Shown here one piece after another: positions 1 to 11,099 of a stretch of DNA of 64,000 bases. The translations under genes were made by a program, and so were the position numbers. The DNA lies in assembly GCA_043228905.1 (NCBI GenBank), contig JBHGNT010000013.1:17856001-17920000 (forward strand). The letters are read 5' to 3'. Position 1 is the first letter of the stretch. Every line of letters begins with the position of its first letter. The stretch is from Azolla caroliniana (lineage: Eukaryota > Plantae > Polypodiophyta). The notes beneath the pieces were generated by a model. It was not told where the DNA came from. It worked only from the letters and a program-made list of their open reading frames with translations, and did no database searches.

Positions 1-3000
1 AATCTTGAAGATTCTGAGTCGTGGGTGCCATAATAAGTGACTAGCACCACGTGTCCTGAAGGTGAGTGGGGTGCTTCTAGTGCTTTGCATGTGCTTAAAT
101 AGGTACTAAATGAGTGGTGGCGAGGGGTGCTCCTAAATTTGTGGGTGCCTAGGTGGGTGGTGTAGGTGTAGCTAATCGGTGGCTAAACTATGGTTAACCC
201 TACCTACTACTACTTTTATTAATTTCAAGAAGGTGGGTGAGTCCTTATTCAGGGGGACACGTGGCCTCCTCCGTGGTGGTCTCCCAAAACTCGTTTGTGC
301 CGTGTGGCTCGGTAAACGGGTTGGGTGGTGTAGTGCCTCGATATGGTCGAAGTCGGAAACCATTGGCCTAGCTTTTGACAGTGTCGCCGGTGAGTGTGCC
401 GAGCTGGAACGTCCCGTTGAACTCGTCGATAATCCAGAATGGACCGGTCCACCGAAATCTTAATTTTCCCGGCATAGACCCGAGTCGTGTTTGAAAAAGA
501 AGAACCGGTTTGCCGATGGTGAGCTCCTTTTCCAGCCCGTGTTGATGTCGATCCACGAAAGCCTTGCGTTGCGGTTGGCGTTGTTCGAGTTGGGCCATAC
601 TCTCTATCCTATCTTCGCCGAGTTCGAGGAGTTGTTCCAGCCGGTATTGCTTGGATTGGGCCTCGAGGAGCCGTGCTTTGATTTGAACTCAGACGCTCGA
701 GACTTGGAACTCGACGGGCATTACGGCTTCTAACCCGAACGCCATTCGAAAGGGGGTTGATTGGATGCTTGTTTTGAAAGTCGTACGATACGCCCACATC
801 GCGCTCTGTAGTTTGTCATCCCAATCGGTCCTATTTTCATTGACGATCTTCTTCAGTATGGTTTGGAGGATTTTATTGGTTGATTCCGCCAAGCCGTTCG
901 CCTGCGGGTAGTATGGTGTGCTTTTCTTGTGCACCACTACGTAGTGGTGTGTAAGCTCACGTATTATATGATTGATGAAGTGCCCACCTTGATCACTAAC
1001 GAGCTCGATTGGGCATCTGTAACGGCACCAGAGGTGCTCATACATGAATTTAGCCGTGGATGCCGCCGTGTTATCTCGGTGTGCCTTAGCCTCGACCCAT
1101 TTGGTGCAGTAATCCGTGGCAACGATAATATACCTATTCCCTGTTCAGGCCGCAGGTGGTTTGAAAGGGCCTACAAAATCCAAACCCCATTTTTGAAATG
1201 GGTCCAACGGAAGAATCGGCTGGTGTGGCATCCGTGACTGTTCCATTGGTTGCCCCAGTCGTTGGCACAAATCGCACTGCCGGCAAAACTCGTGAGCGTC
1301 TTTCTTCATTGTCGGCCACCACAATCCACTTTGCCAAACTTTCCTTGCCGTGGAATCCCCGGCGTAGTGCCCCCCAGCCACTCCTTGGTGGGCTTCCTGA
1401 AGAACGGCGTTCTTCTCGAATTGCCGAATCGCTCGGCGCCATATGTCGTCCGAGCCTTTGTGGTGGAGAATGTCCGAGACGAGGCAAAAATTCCGGCTAC
1501 GCACTGCTAGGCGTTTTCTCGTGTCAAGGGTCATGTGCTTGGGAGGTACACCGGTAGTGAGAAAATGGGTCATCTCCGTGATTCGTTCATCTCCGTTATC
1601 GTCTGGTATCGTGGTCAGGTTAAATAGGTTGGCGTCCGGTAGCTTGTCGTACGTTGTTTTCGACGATTCCCCTGACTCAAGACGGCTCAAGTAGTTGGTG
1701 ACGGCATGTTGTACCCCGGCTCGATGCTGAATCTGGAGATCAAACTCTTGTAGTAGGAGCATCCACCGAGCCAACCGTTCGGTGAGGGCTTGTTTATTGA
1801 CCAAATAAAGAAGGGCCGAGTGATCCACGTGAAAGGTAAATTTTCGGCCCAAGAGGTAATGCCGAAATTTATTGATGTTATAAATCATAACGAGGGCCTC
1901 CCGCTCGGTGGTGGAGTAATTCTTTTCCACGGTCGAGAGCCGTCGGCTGGCGTAGTACACGAGCCTATACCAATTCGGGGGTGTGCATTGCATCAGGGCA
2001 CTTCCGATGGCGATGTCCGAAGCATCTACGAAGACATGAAACGGTTCGGACCAAACCGGAGACTGGACCACCGGGGCATGTGACAACATTCGTTTCAGGG
2101 TCTGATAGGCCGTGTCCTCGATTGACGTCCATTGGAAGGGAAGGGGATGGACTGCCACGTGTAAAGGTGTCGCGAAATCGGCCAGGTGTCGTATCATTCG
2201 GTTGTGCCACCAGATCTGTCCCAAAAAACGGCTTAGTGCATTAGCGTTCGAGGGTGCGGTGGCGGTCAGGATTGCCTTTACTTTATCCGGGTCCATAGCG
2301 ATGCCTTCTTGACTGACAATGTGGCCGAGAAGGTTGCCGCTGGTGACTAAGAACGCGCATTTCGTCGGGTTTAAGCTCAATCGAGCTTGGCAACATCGGT
2401 CCAGGCAGAGTCGTAATTGGGTCATGTGTTCCCGTCGATGGTCATACATGGCGAAATCGTCGAGAAAGACTTGCATGAACGCCGGGGTGTAGTCATGAAA
2501 GATTTCGATGATGATGCGCTGGAACGTAGCCGGCGCCGTTTTTAGACCAAACATCATTACTTCTGCTACAAAAACACCCCATTCCGTGACGAAAGCGGTT
2601 TTCTCCTGATCCTTCGGGTGCATTCTTATCTGGTTATAGCCGCTGAACCCGTCAAGGAAACTGTAGCATTCGTGGCCGGCTACCGTGTCGAGGACGCTAT
2701 CCGTCAATGGGAGAGGGAAACCGTCGGTGACTGTTGCCGCGTTAAGCTTCCGATAGTCGACGCAAACGCGGATTTTTTCGTTCTTCTTTGGGACCACTAC
2801 GATCGGGCTCAACCACGTGGCCCGTTTAACAGGGCGAATGAAGCCCACTCGTAGTAGTTTGTCGATTTTCTCTTTGACTTTAGCGGCGTAGTTGGGGTTC
2901 ATCCTGTAGCGCCTCTGCTGAACCGGCCGAGTGTCGGGTAAGATGTGAATTTGATGTTGGTAGTATTGAGGATCCAACCCCTTCATATCGGTGTAAGACC

Positions 3001-3816
3001 AAGCGAAAACATCCTGGTAGTCGGTGAGCAATTTTACGAGGCATGCCCGTTCTCCGATTGGTAGATTATTGGCAATTTGTAACGTTCGGGGATTCTCGTT
3101 CGAACCGAGGTTTATTGTTTCCAGGGTTGATGCTTTCACTCGTTGTGAAATGGCGAGTTCGCGTTCGAAAGCCTCCCGAGCATGACGTAGCTCGGCAACT
3201 GTGGTTGGATCTGGTTCATCTTTGGGTGGTGACTCCTCCGTGACTTCCTCGTCTTTAGATGGCTCGATGGTTGGTAAGGCATTGATTTCGAAGAGAGGGA
3301 TGATCGTGGGATGATCATCTAGGAAGTCATCGACCTCCTCATCGGCCAAACCGTTGTCGTGAAGATTTTCGGCAATAGTATGAAAATCCCATAAAATGTA
3401 CGAAATCGAGTATGAATCACGTAATACAATAATTGTGAAGATAACATTTTTAATATCTAAGTACAAAATGATGGAGGTTTCGAATGCACTTTATTACACG
3501 AGAAATGGACAACTAAATGTCAAGATATGAGGGTATAAAGTTTGTGAAAAGAAAAGAGAAAATTGTGAGATATCCCACATAGGCACGACAAATACGGCTC
3601 TCATCATATATAAGGTGGAGCAAAAGATATTATCTTTGTGTCTATGTGTGGAGCATAGAGAGTTCAAGGTAACTTGAACTAAGAGTGGAGGTGGCTAGCT
3701 ACTCGTAAAGGGTTTTGGCCAACCAAAACCGAACCGGCGATGGAGCCGGTGATCCGACCGCAATCCGGCGTCGGCACCGGTATCCGGCGACGGCATCCGG
3801 CGAGGCACTAGTATCC

Positions 3817-3956
3817 GGCGACGGTATCCGGCGAACCGACGTCCGGATAAATAAATATATAAATATATATACATATTTACATATACGGCGACGGTATCCG
3901 GCGAACCGACGTCCGGATAAATAAATATATAAATATATATACATATTTACATATAC
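3817..3956. repeat. Tandem duplication (~70 bp x2) with GC-rich CCGGCGA repeats upstream, inside the insertion
   Basis: ggcgacggtatccggcgaaccgacgtccggataaataaatatataaatatatatacatatttacatatac occurs twice in tandem. Confidence 0.9.
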
Positions 3957-3960
3957 AAGG

Positions 3961-4031
3961 AGGGCAAGTATGGTTTCGAACCTTGCACCTCCAAGTTAGG
4001 AGTCAATTGGCTTACCATTAAGCCATGCTAT
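3961..4031 (-). promoter_or_regulatory. tRNA-derived Pol III type-2 promoter module (A box + B box) inside the insertion
   Basis: A box TGGCTTAATGG (4025-4015) and B box GGTTCGAAACC (3982-3972) with tRNA-like spacing. D-arm GGCTT/AAGCC pairs; acceptor and anticodon stems do not pair. Confidence 0.7.
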
Positions 4032-6766
4032 TTAGTTGAAATTATATTTCTATCATTGTACTTTTATATGTAAATTCTCATACATGAGAGCTAAAATGAG
4101 TGACATGGTTAGCATGCACCACATGTAATACTTAAGCGCCAAATGGCAAACATGCAATTTATGCATGTCTTGTACCCTCACATGCATCATATGCATGAGA
4201 GCATCTATAAAAGAGGGAAGGGGGAGGAGAAAAAACACGGTTTTTTTTTATGAAAATTAAGAGGAAGAAATTCGTTATCAAATTGATCGTGTAATCTCAA
4301 CTTCTCTCTTTCCCAATCTATCTTAAGTACTTTCTCGCCAAAGCTTGTATCGACTCTAAATCCTTCTGGTCCAGAACCCCGGCGGTTCCGCCTCACGATC
4401 CGCGCGTAGTGACGGATCTTCACGACACCGTCAAGCATATGGACCCCTTCCGCGTATAATGGCGAAGTGTTGAGGGCGACAGGGACTCGTTCTTTAGTGA
4501 TGATGCAGACTTTTGTCTTGCCTCTTCGGAACGAGATCATGTTGCGTTGCCAATGTTGCTTGATATTCGTTGTACGCAACCATGGTCGACCTAGTAACAT
4601 TGGGCAGGCGCCTTGTGTCTCCAGTCTTAGCACGACGGCCGAGATCGTGAACATGTGGCCTCCGAGTGTGAAGTCGAGATGGCGGATTAAACCAATGGGG
4701 CGAACGGAGCGGGTGTCGGCCATCCGAAGCCAAAAGGGGGCATGGTTCCCATTGATTCAGGCCGAGGTTGAGACACGTTGACTCGCTAATAACGTTTACG
4801 CCGGATCCGCCGTCAATGATGCATCCGTGCAGGTCTTGTCCCTTAATGATGATTCGCAAGGCTAGGTTCTGAGAATCCATGAGTGGTGGACCGGTTCCTG
4901 CTTCGGTGAGGTGTACCGGTGGCGTCACGGGCTTAGTATTGGCCTGGAGTGCCGCTAGGGTGTCCCGAAATCTCGGCATGAGTGGTAACAGTTTATGTAG
5001 GGGCAGCGAGATGCGGGAGTTGGTAAGAACATCCCATAGTTGGTCGTCCTCCGATGACGTGGATGGTGCCGAGGTTTGTGGTACTTCACTGGGCCCGTCT
5101 CTCATGTCAGTTTGCATGCGTACGACATTATTTTTATTGGCCGTGTCGATCCATTCTTTTGTTGCCTGACGTACTTCATCCTGGATTTGCCACTGAGTAG
5201 TCTGCGCTTTACTCCGGGTAGTGACTGTTTGAACATCGGCCATGATACTGTTCACCGCGGGTGCCTTGCCACAGTTGGTTGTTGGACATTGCGTGGCGTA
5301 GTGGCCTGGTTGGTTACATTTAAAACATGTAACGTTGGCCGAGCTGTTGGTGTCCGCTCGGTCTGTGTGTGGAAGCTGTTGTTGTTGATTCTCGGTCTCG
5401 TTTGGTGGTGGGTTGTTCCAAGGTGCGTTGGAGTTGCGTTGGTCATTTTGAGGAGCGTCCCGTCGACGGTTGTCATTAGGTCTTCTATTGTTGCGTGTGT
5501 TGCGGTTGCCGTTTCGCCGATCAATGCGTGAGTTCCATCGGTCATACCGGTCATCGCGATCGTCATCATATCGAGCATAATCGTCGTGCCGATCATCGTG
5601 ATAATGATCACGGCGGTCATCATGTCGGTAGTCGTCGTCTCGGCGCCGTCGATCCGGGGATCGCAGTCGGTCGTTATCCTGGTCTCGATAGAAATATCAC
5701 TCGTCTTGCCGAGAGTATGTATTTCGTGGCTCTATCTGGCGGACCGGTGTCGTCGTTGTGCAGTTCAACATATTATATTCACACTGCTCGACCGTGTGAG
5801 CTCGAGACTGACAGATCGGACACTGTGGTCGGTGGGGACATTCGAGGGCCAGGTGCCCTGATCCTGAACACGTCGTGCATTGGAGGGCTTCGCGAAAGCG
5901 ATTGTCCTCTTGGGGAAGAGCGTTTTGCAAGGATGTCATCGAGAAGGCCGCACCGTGCTAGGTCCGATCGAGGGCGAGAACGCGCGCTATGACTTGTTCG
6001 ATAGTATGGTTGGCGAAATTTGTAAGTGCGAGAGTTGTTCGGAGAGGCTCTCGTAAACTGAATAGGAAAGTGTCCGGTATATGTTGTGCCGAGACATCAT
6101 CGGCCACTTGTCTGTAGAGATCCTGGAACCGGATCGTGAACTGCGCGACCGTTTCGTGCGGTTCCTGGCATATAGAGAAGAATTGCCAGAGCAGTTCCCG
6201 TTTAGGCACCTCGCGATGAAAAAGTTCAAGGAACTTTGTGCGCACAATTTGGAAAGTGGTGGCCTCTCCTATTTCGAGGCGAGAGTACCATCGTGCGGCC
6301 GGTCCATCGAGGGAGAGTGTGAACTCGGCAATCTTTGAGGCATCGATTTCGGCCGGTGTGAGGCGGTGCGTTGAGTGGTTGGCCTGCCACGTGGATATGA
6401 AGGCACGGATGTGTGACTCTGTGTCTGGTCCGTCGGTGTATCGTGGGTATGGGTACGACATGATGTCGTACTATGGGTCTTCTTGTAGCACCGGAAAAGG
6501 GTTTAGTTCCGGTTGATTGACCTCCGGAGGGCTCGACGGCGGTTTTGGTGGTGAATCAACTCGCGATCGAGTGTCTGGTGGCGAGGATTGCATTGGACAA
6601 GCCTCCGATTGATCGGGAAAGGATTGGTCAGTGACCGCCGAGTCGGAAGTTCCTTCGACTGGCTCAGGGCGTCGGGCGGGTGGCCGAGACCTCGTGGTGC
6701 GAGAGGGCGTCGTAACGGCGGCTGGTGGTTACCTTCAACAAGTTCGTTGTGCACTCACAGCTGTAA

Positions 6767-6778
6767 CCGGGCGTGCCA
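6767..6778 (-). other. Primer-binding site, probably tRNA-Arg
   Basis: TGGCACGCCCGG just inside the LTR end; complementary to a ...CCGGGCGTG-CCA tRNA 3' end. The Arg assignment is from memory of plant tRNA-Arg. Confidence 0.75.
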
Positions 6779-6783
6779 AATTG

Positions 6784-7244
6784 TGTTACCCGTTCCTTTG
6801 GGTGAACACCTTCGATAGATCTGCGGCTATCGGTATTCAAGGGTGTCGTACGTGAAGGCTCGTAACAGAGGCGTCGAGAGAGAGAGACAGTGCTCAGAGA
6901 GAAAACACTAACGAGATCTTGGCAGACGTGGGCGGCGCTCAAATCATAGGTATGAATCAAAGCATAGACACATGGAGCAAATTGGGCACAATTCAGATAT
7001 ATTACTGCAACAGAAAAGATTACATAACACGGCCTACGGCCGGTGACCTTACAAGATTATCTAGTTACGAGGGACTCAACTAGTGCTTCCGCCTATATTT
7101 TTCTTCTCTCCCTGCTCTCTGAGGTACTGGTCCTTGTTTAAATAACTTTTCCCCTAATACATAGCCGAGTCGTCGGTGGCCCGTGATACTCGGACTCGGC
7201 GTTTGCTAATTTTCTAATTTTACATTTCTGTCCTCTGGACAACA
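6784..7244 (-). repeat. 5' LTR of the gypsy element (~461 bp)
   Basis: TGTTGTCC...GGGTAACA on the minus strand, TATTTAAA at 7144-7137, adjacent PBS, and an abrupt junction with the chromovirus coding sequence at 7245. Confidence 0.8.
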
Positions 7245-7878
7245 TCAAGTTCTACTCCAAATCGGGTTGTTCCACCACCATCACTGGTTCAACTTAGTGA
7301 AAGACCCGAATATGAGGTAGAAGCTATTTTGGACTCCAAGATCATCCGCAACAAGTTGTATTACTTGGTAGATTGGCTTGGATACATGCATGACGATCAA
7401 ACGTGGGAACCCATAGAGAACGTCGCTAATGCCCCTAAATTATACATGAGTTTCATCTTCGCTACCCCAATAATCCAAATCTTACTTCATGTATTGTGAC
7501 TCATGTAACTCATCGTCAAAGGAGGGGATGATGTCACAAAATGTCAACATCAATATTCAAACCTGTAACCTGTAAACGAGAATCTTACACTCTAACCATC
7601 ACACCCACTTATTTTAATTAGAAAATATGTATTTAGAATTATGTGGGATTGAACACACAATGGATGACCGCCAAATGACATCCATGCATGTACGCCAAGT
7701 GGCACACAAAATGTATGGCAAGTGGTGATCGTGCATGATCCTATGTATGTTATATGATGTCATCTTGGTCTCCTGGTAATACAAATTCTTATCTTCTTGT
7801 TTTGTTATTGCCTTCTTGTTTTGTCATTATATTCTTTTCTTTGAAATCGACATCGTCTTCGAAGCTTCGGTCGTGACA
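7245..7878 (+). mobile_element. 3' end of a chromovirus (Tcn1-like Ty3/gypsy): chromodomain, PPT and 3' LTR
   Basis: Translates as PPP..ERPEYEVEAILDSKIIRNKLYYLVDWLGYMHDDQTWEPIENVANAP (class I chromodomain). PPT AAAGGAGGGGATGA at 7518-7531; LTR 7532-7878 TGTCAC...GTGACA. Confidence 0.88.
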
Positions 7879-8439
7879 CTAGGATTACATGTTAACCGAG
7901 GTGATGACTTCAGTGTCACACTAAAGAGAACTCTTAGAAGGTTGAGCTTATTCACACAATGAGATTTTGTGCTTCCAAGTATGAATATCCCTTCTTAGCA
8001 AGTATAAACAAGCAAAACAAGGGGTATATCTTAGTCAAAAGCCAAAACAATTGAAAATGCATTGTTTGTATTTTTATAACTCTTTGACATTAAAATTTAA
8101 AAAAAAACTCTAATCATCTATGATTCTATCTATAATATTGACGAAATTCATGAGGTAATTTTTTTAATTCCACATAATTGTGTAACTATTTCTCACTACT
8201 TCCCCTTCTTTAATGCTAAGCATTGATAGCCCTTGTCTGTTTGAAAAATGAAACCCAAAAACCTTACTTATCTATCTTATAAGGTCAATGTAAGGGTGGT
8301 TATATCAACAAATTTGAAGACTATGTTCTCGTTTTTTTATCCAAGGAAAATAAGCATGGCGGGTTGTGGTTGAAGTTAAATCAATGATGAACCACTAATC
8401 GAGTAGGAAAGCAACAAGAAATTACTGAGACACCATTAT

Positions 8440-9060
8440 ACTCGTTCTATCTTCTCGTGGGGTGCAGTATTATGGGGTGTCCTTCATGGAGATGTTATGA
8501 AGTATGAAAGTATGCATGCTTCTCATGTTTTTCACTTTTCCAATGGGTACATTTATCTCACTTCATTTCCATCTTTTATTCCGCGGTTTAGAACTGAAAT
8601 TTTGGTTATTTGGCGTACTATTATGTCATTAGCTCTTTGGACAATATGGAAAATGAGATGCGAGGTCGTTTTTAATAATGCTCACATACATCTCAATACT
8701 ATGCTTATTGAATTCTGGTTGTTATTTGTCCATACCATACGTGGACAATATGATAATCTACAAGGTTCAACGGATGCTCAAAGGCAACGTCAAGTGGACT
8801 TTAAGAAACGGTGGCGAAAACTTCACTTATTTTCAGATACGACTTCTAATATGAAGTGGAATTATGTCATACCTTCTTTTTTATTGCATAGCTTGTAGAT
8901 TGTGCTCCATTTGTTCCTTATATGATATCATCCGTTTGATCTGATGTTGGTATTAGCTTTTGCATTACAATAGAGGTGAGATGAAATGTCTCCTTCTGTT
9001 TTCTATATGTACATTTCTCAAGTAATATACTAAGGTGTATCTTTCTTTCTTTTTAAAAAC
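8440..9060 (+). mobile_element. L1-like LINE ORF2 3' fragment (5'-truncated)
   Basis: ORF 8497-8898 has LWTIWKMRCEVVFN (W.IW..R...VF motif of plant L1 ORF2 C-termini) and is similar to the copies at 11.1-12.7 kb (RGQYD..QG, KWNY). Confidence 0.7.
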
Positions 9061-9299
9061 AAGCAATGACTGAGAGGGTGACTAAGAGAAGGAATATATA
9101 CAATATCAAACCAATAAGTATGTCCACAACAATTGCTCATATCATGTTCATCTTATGAATATAGGCCCTCTTGAGACATCTCATCCCTATCCAAAGTGGG
9201 TTCACATTCTCACACATTCATGAATTTGTGTTCACACCCATCATTTTAAATACTAAAAGGAGCATCATTTATAGCCTCTTAAGATTATGTTTGCTTTTG

Positions 9300-9800
9300 T
9301 GTCCAATGAAGGTAAAACACATGGTGTACAGTCAGTATTATCTTTTAGCATTATATTAATTAAGTTAAAAGAAAAACATTTTTCATATATTCTTCACCCC
9401 ATCATAAATTCAAATGGTGAGATAACTCTTGAACATTCTCCAACAACAATGGAGTCTAGAAGTGACGATCTTTAGGTATTTCTTTCCATTGTCTCATTAC
9501 GCACACCGACGTGAACCCTAATGACCATCTTAAACGTGAGATTGTGGATTCCACAAGCCCCAAAGGGCTAGATATGAAGAGATGGCAAGTAGATTCACCT
9601 AAACAAATGCCCTTTAATTTATGGAAAACAATGGCCAAAAATATGTATTTGGCTTCAAAATGTGCAACTAGATTATGGACAATGTTATAATAATGGTATA
9701 TCTAATGTCTATCTAAAGCAATGGAGTTTATAGCTCTATGTGAGCACAAGTCAATGAAGCCTTTTTATGCCTCTTGTTGTAATTTCTTTGAGAACATATC
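9300..9800 (-). mobile_element. Highly decayed gypsy-type reverse transcriptase remnant (tentative)
   Basis: Fragments RAINSI and SPLGLVE weakly echo the RT motifs DYRALN and TPFGLFE; several stops and frameshifts. Confidence 0.3.
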
Positions 9801-10627
9801 AACTTCCTTATAAATGTTCCGAAGTTAATTATCAAGCAAGTATATCGAAGCATGTGATGGTAATTGAACATTTATGCTAACAAGTGTTGAATAAATACTA
9901 ATGGGTTATTGAAAGTGTTTCTTGGACTACATAGTTTGAGCCATTTCTTGTAGTTCTTAAGATCGTGATCTAGATCTATTTCATCTACTATTACTCAATT
10001 CTCTTGCCAAACCCTTGATAGCTTAATGAACTCTACCATTTTGATGAGTTGATACTCTAGTAGTGCTTATCTCATTTGATGTGATTTCATTGGATGCTAG
10101 AGAAAGCATCTAAACATTACACCTAAGCTTCTTTTATCATTCCTAGCAAGTTAGCAATCTAACTATGTATTGATAACCCATATGTTATAACTGTTTACAA
10201 GTTGTCCCCCTCCCCACCTATAACAACATTAATGGTGACAATGGACATTAATAAGTGCCACGTTAAACAATCCATATTGATAGTTTGGAAATAATTCCAA
10301 TTTCTATCCACCATCAAATGTCAACACAATGAGTTAATGTTGACAAATTCAATCACCACTATGTAATTGGAATAATATGAAAAAAAGGGTGTAGGAAAAC
10401 AATAAAATCACAACATAGAACTAGTATGAAAATGATGTGAAACCGCGAAGTGAATTTTTAAAGTTGGCTTTTATGTTGAGATGTGATTGTTATTCCATTG
10501 GGAAGCTTCAAAGAAGGAAATAATGCCTAAGACATGCGCCAGAAGAGAATCCTTCGAACGTGCAAGTATGTGTAGTCACAATAGGCTAGATAAATGTTCG
10601 ACTTTAAATACTAGATTATTGATGGAA

Positions 10628-10703
10628 CTAGATGATTCTTCTCGTTCCAATTTGGTTTTACTAGATGATTCTTCTCGTTCCAATTTGGTTTTACTAGATG
10701 ATT
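10628..10703. repeat. 33-bp tandem duplication
   Basis: ctagatgattcttctcgttccaatttggtttta x2 plus a partial third copy. Confidence 0.9.
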
Positions 10704-11099
10704 GCTAGATGATCCATTTAAAGATTGTGGATCCAGGGCTTGCTAAACAAGACAATATGATCATATGGTGTATAAGTAAGAATGTTGGGGCTTGACAATT
10801 CATTCATGGCTTAGTAGTACTACATACATTTATTTGTTCCCAAAACGTGATATTTTTACCCATAAAAATTATCCTCCATTGGTATTAACATAAAGTGGCC
10901 AAAGGCAATGTACAAAACAATCCACTATTACAAAGAATATTACAACATATTTAACTACAAAACTATTGAACACTCATGTAACTTCCACAATCCAACCACA
11001 TTTAGCATCCATATCAAACAAGGAATTATCACCAACAACATTGGGTTCAACATGAAGAGGTTGGGAGAGATTGGGAGGTTTTCAACATGAAGAGGTGGG

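Larger units (their letters stand above)
3355..4427 (+). mobile_element. Nested solo-LTR-like insertion (1,073 bp) with TG..CA ends, 12-bp TIR and 4-bp TSD
   Basis: Begins TGTCGTGAAGAT and ends ATCTTCACGACA (perfect inverted repeat); CCGT at both 3351-3354 and 4428-4431. Removing the insert plus one TSD copy restores the host frame (..GVHMLDG|LADEEVDD..). TATA-like CTATAAAAG at ~4205 suggests + orientation. Confidence 0.9.
245..6461 (-). pseudogene. gag-pol polyprotein of the gypsy element, disrupted
   Basis: ORFs 5958-6461, 5697-5939 and 4494-5255 share one frame; 1145-3466, 689-1045 and 368-598 share one frame ending at TAA 245-247. Five premature stops (5958, 5697, 1145, 689, 368), a +1 frameshift in a C-run at ~4737 (WEPCP/FWLRMAD), and the insertion at 3355-4427. 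Confidence 0.9.
1..7244 (-). mobile_element. Ty3/gypsy LTR retrotransposon, non-chromovirus (Athila-like/OTA-related), degenerate; 3' end lies outside the window
   Basis: 5' LTR 6784-7244 (TGTT...AACA) and PBS at 6767-6778. One ancestral gag-pol frame: gag 6461-5958, three CCHC knuckles, protease (IIDGGSGVNVI), RT (FLDGFSGYNQI, VFLDD), RNase H (VDASD, YYASRRL, NYSTTERE), integrase (HHCC; WGLDFVGP; SDQG; GLAESTNK; GKLRFRWTGPF). No chromodomain at the integrase end. Confidence 0.95.

Noticed and set aside
3355-3466. N-terminal MYLDIKNV.. segment of the 773-aa pol ORF
   Set aside because: Contributed by the nested insertion, not part of pol.
3961-4031. Functional tRNA-Arg(CCT) gene
   Set aside because: The loop reads CTCCTAA, but the anticodon, T and acceptor stems do not pair; kept only as a tRNA-derived promoter.
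4730-4745. Programmed ribosomal frameshift in gag-pol
   Set aside because: The shift lies inside the protease domain at a C5 run; a 1-bp slippage mutation is simpler.
179-6960. Many plus-strand and alternate-frame ORFs over the retrotransposon
   Set aside because: Shadow ORFs of GC-rich gag-pol with no recognisable motifs.
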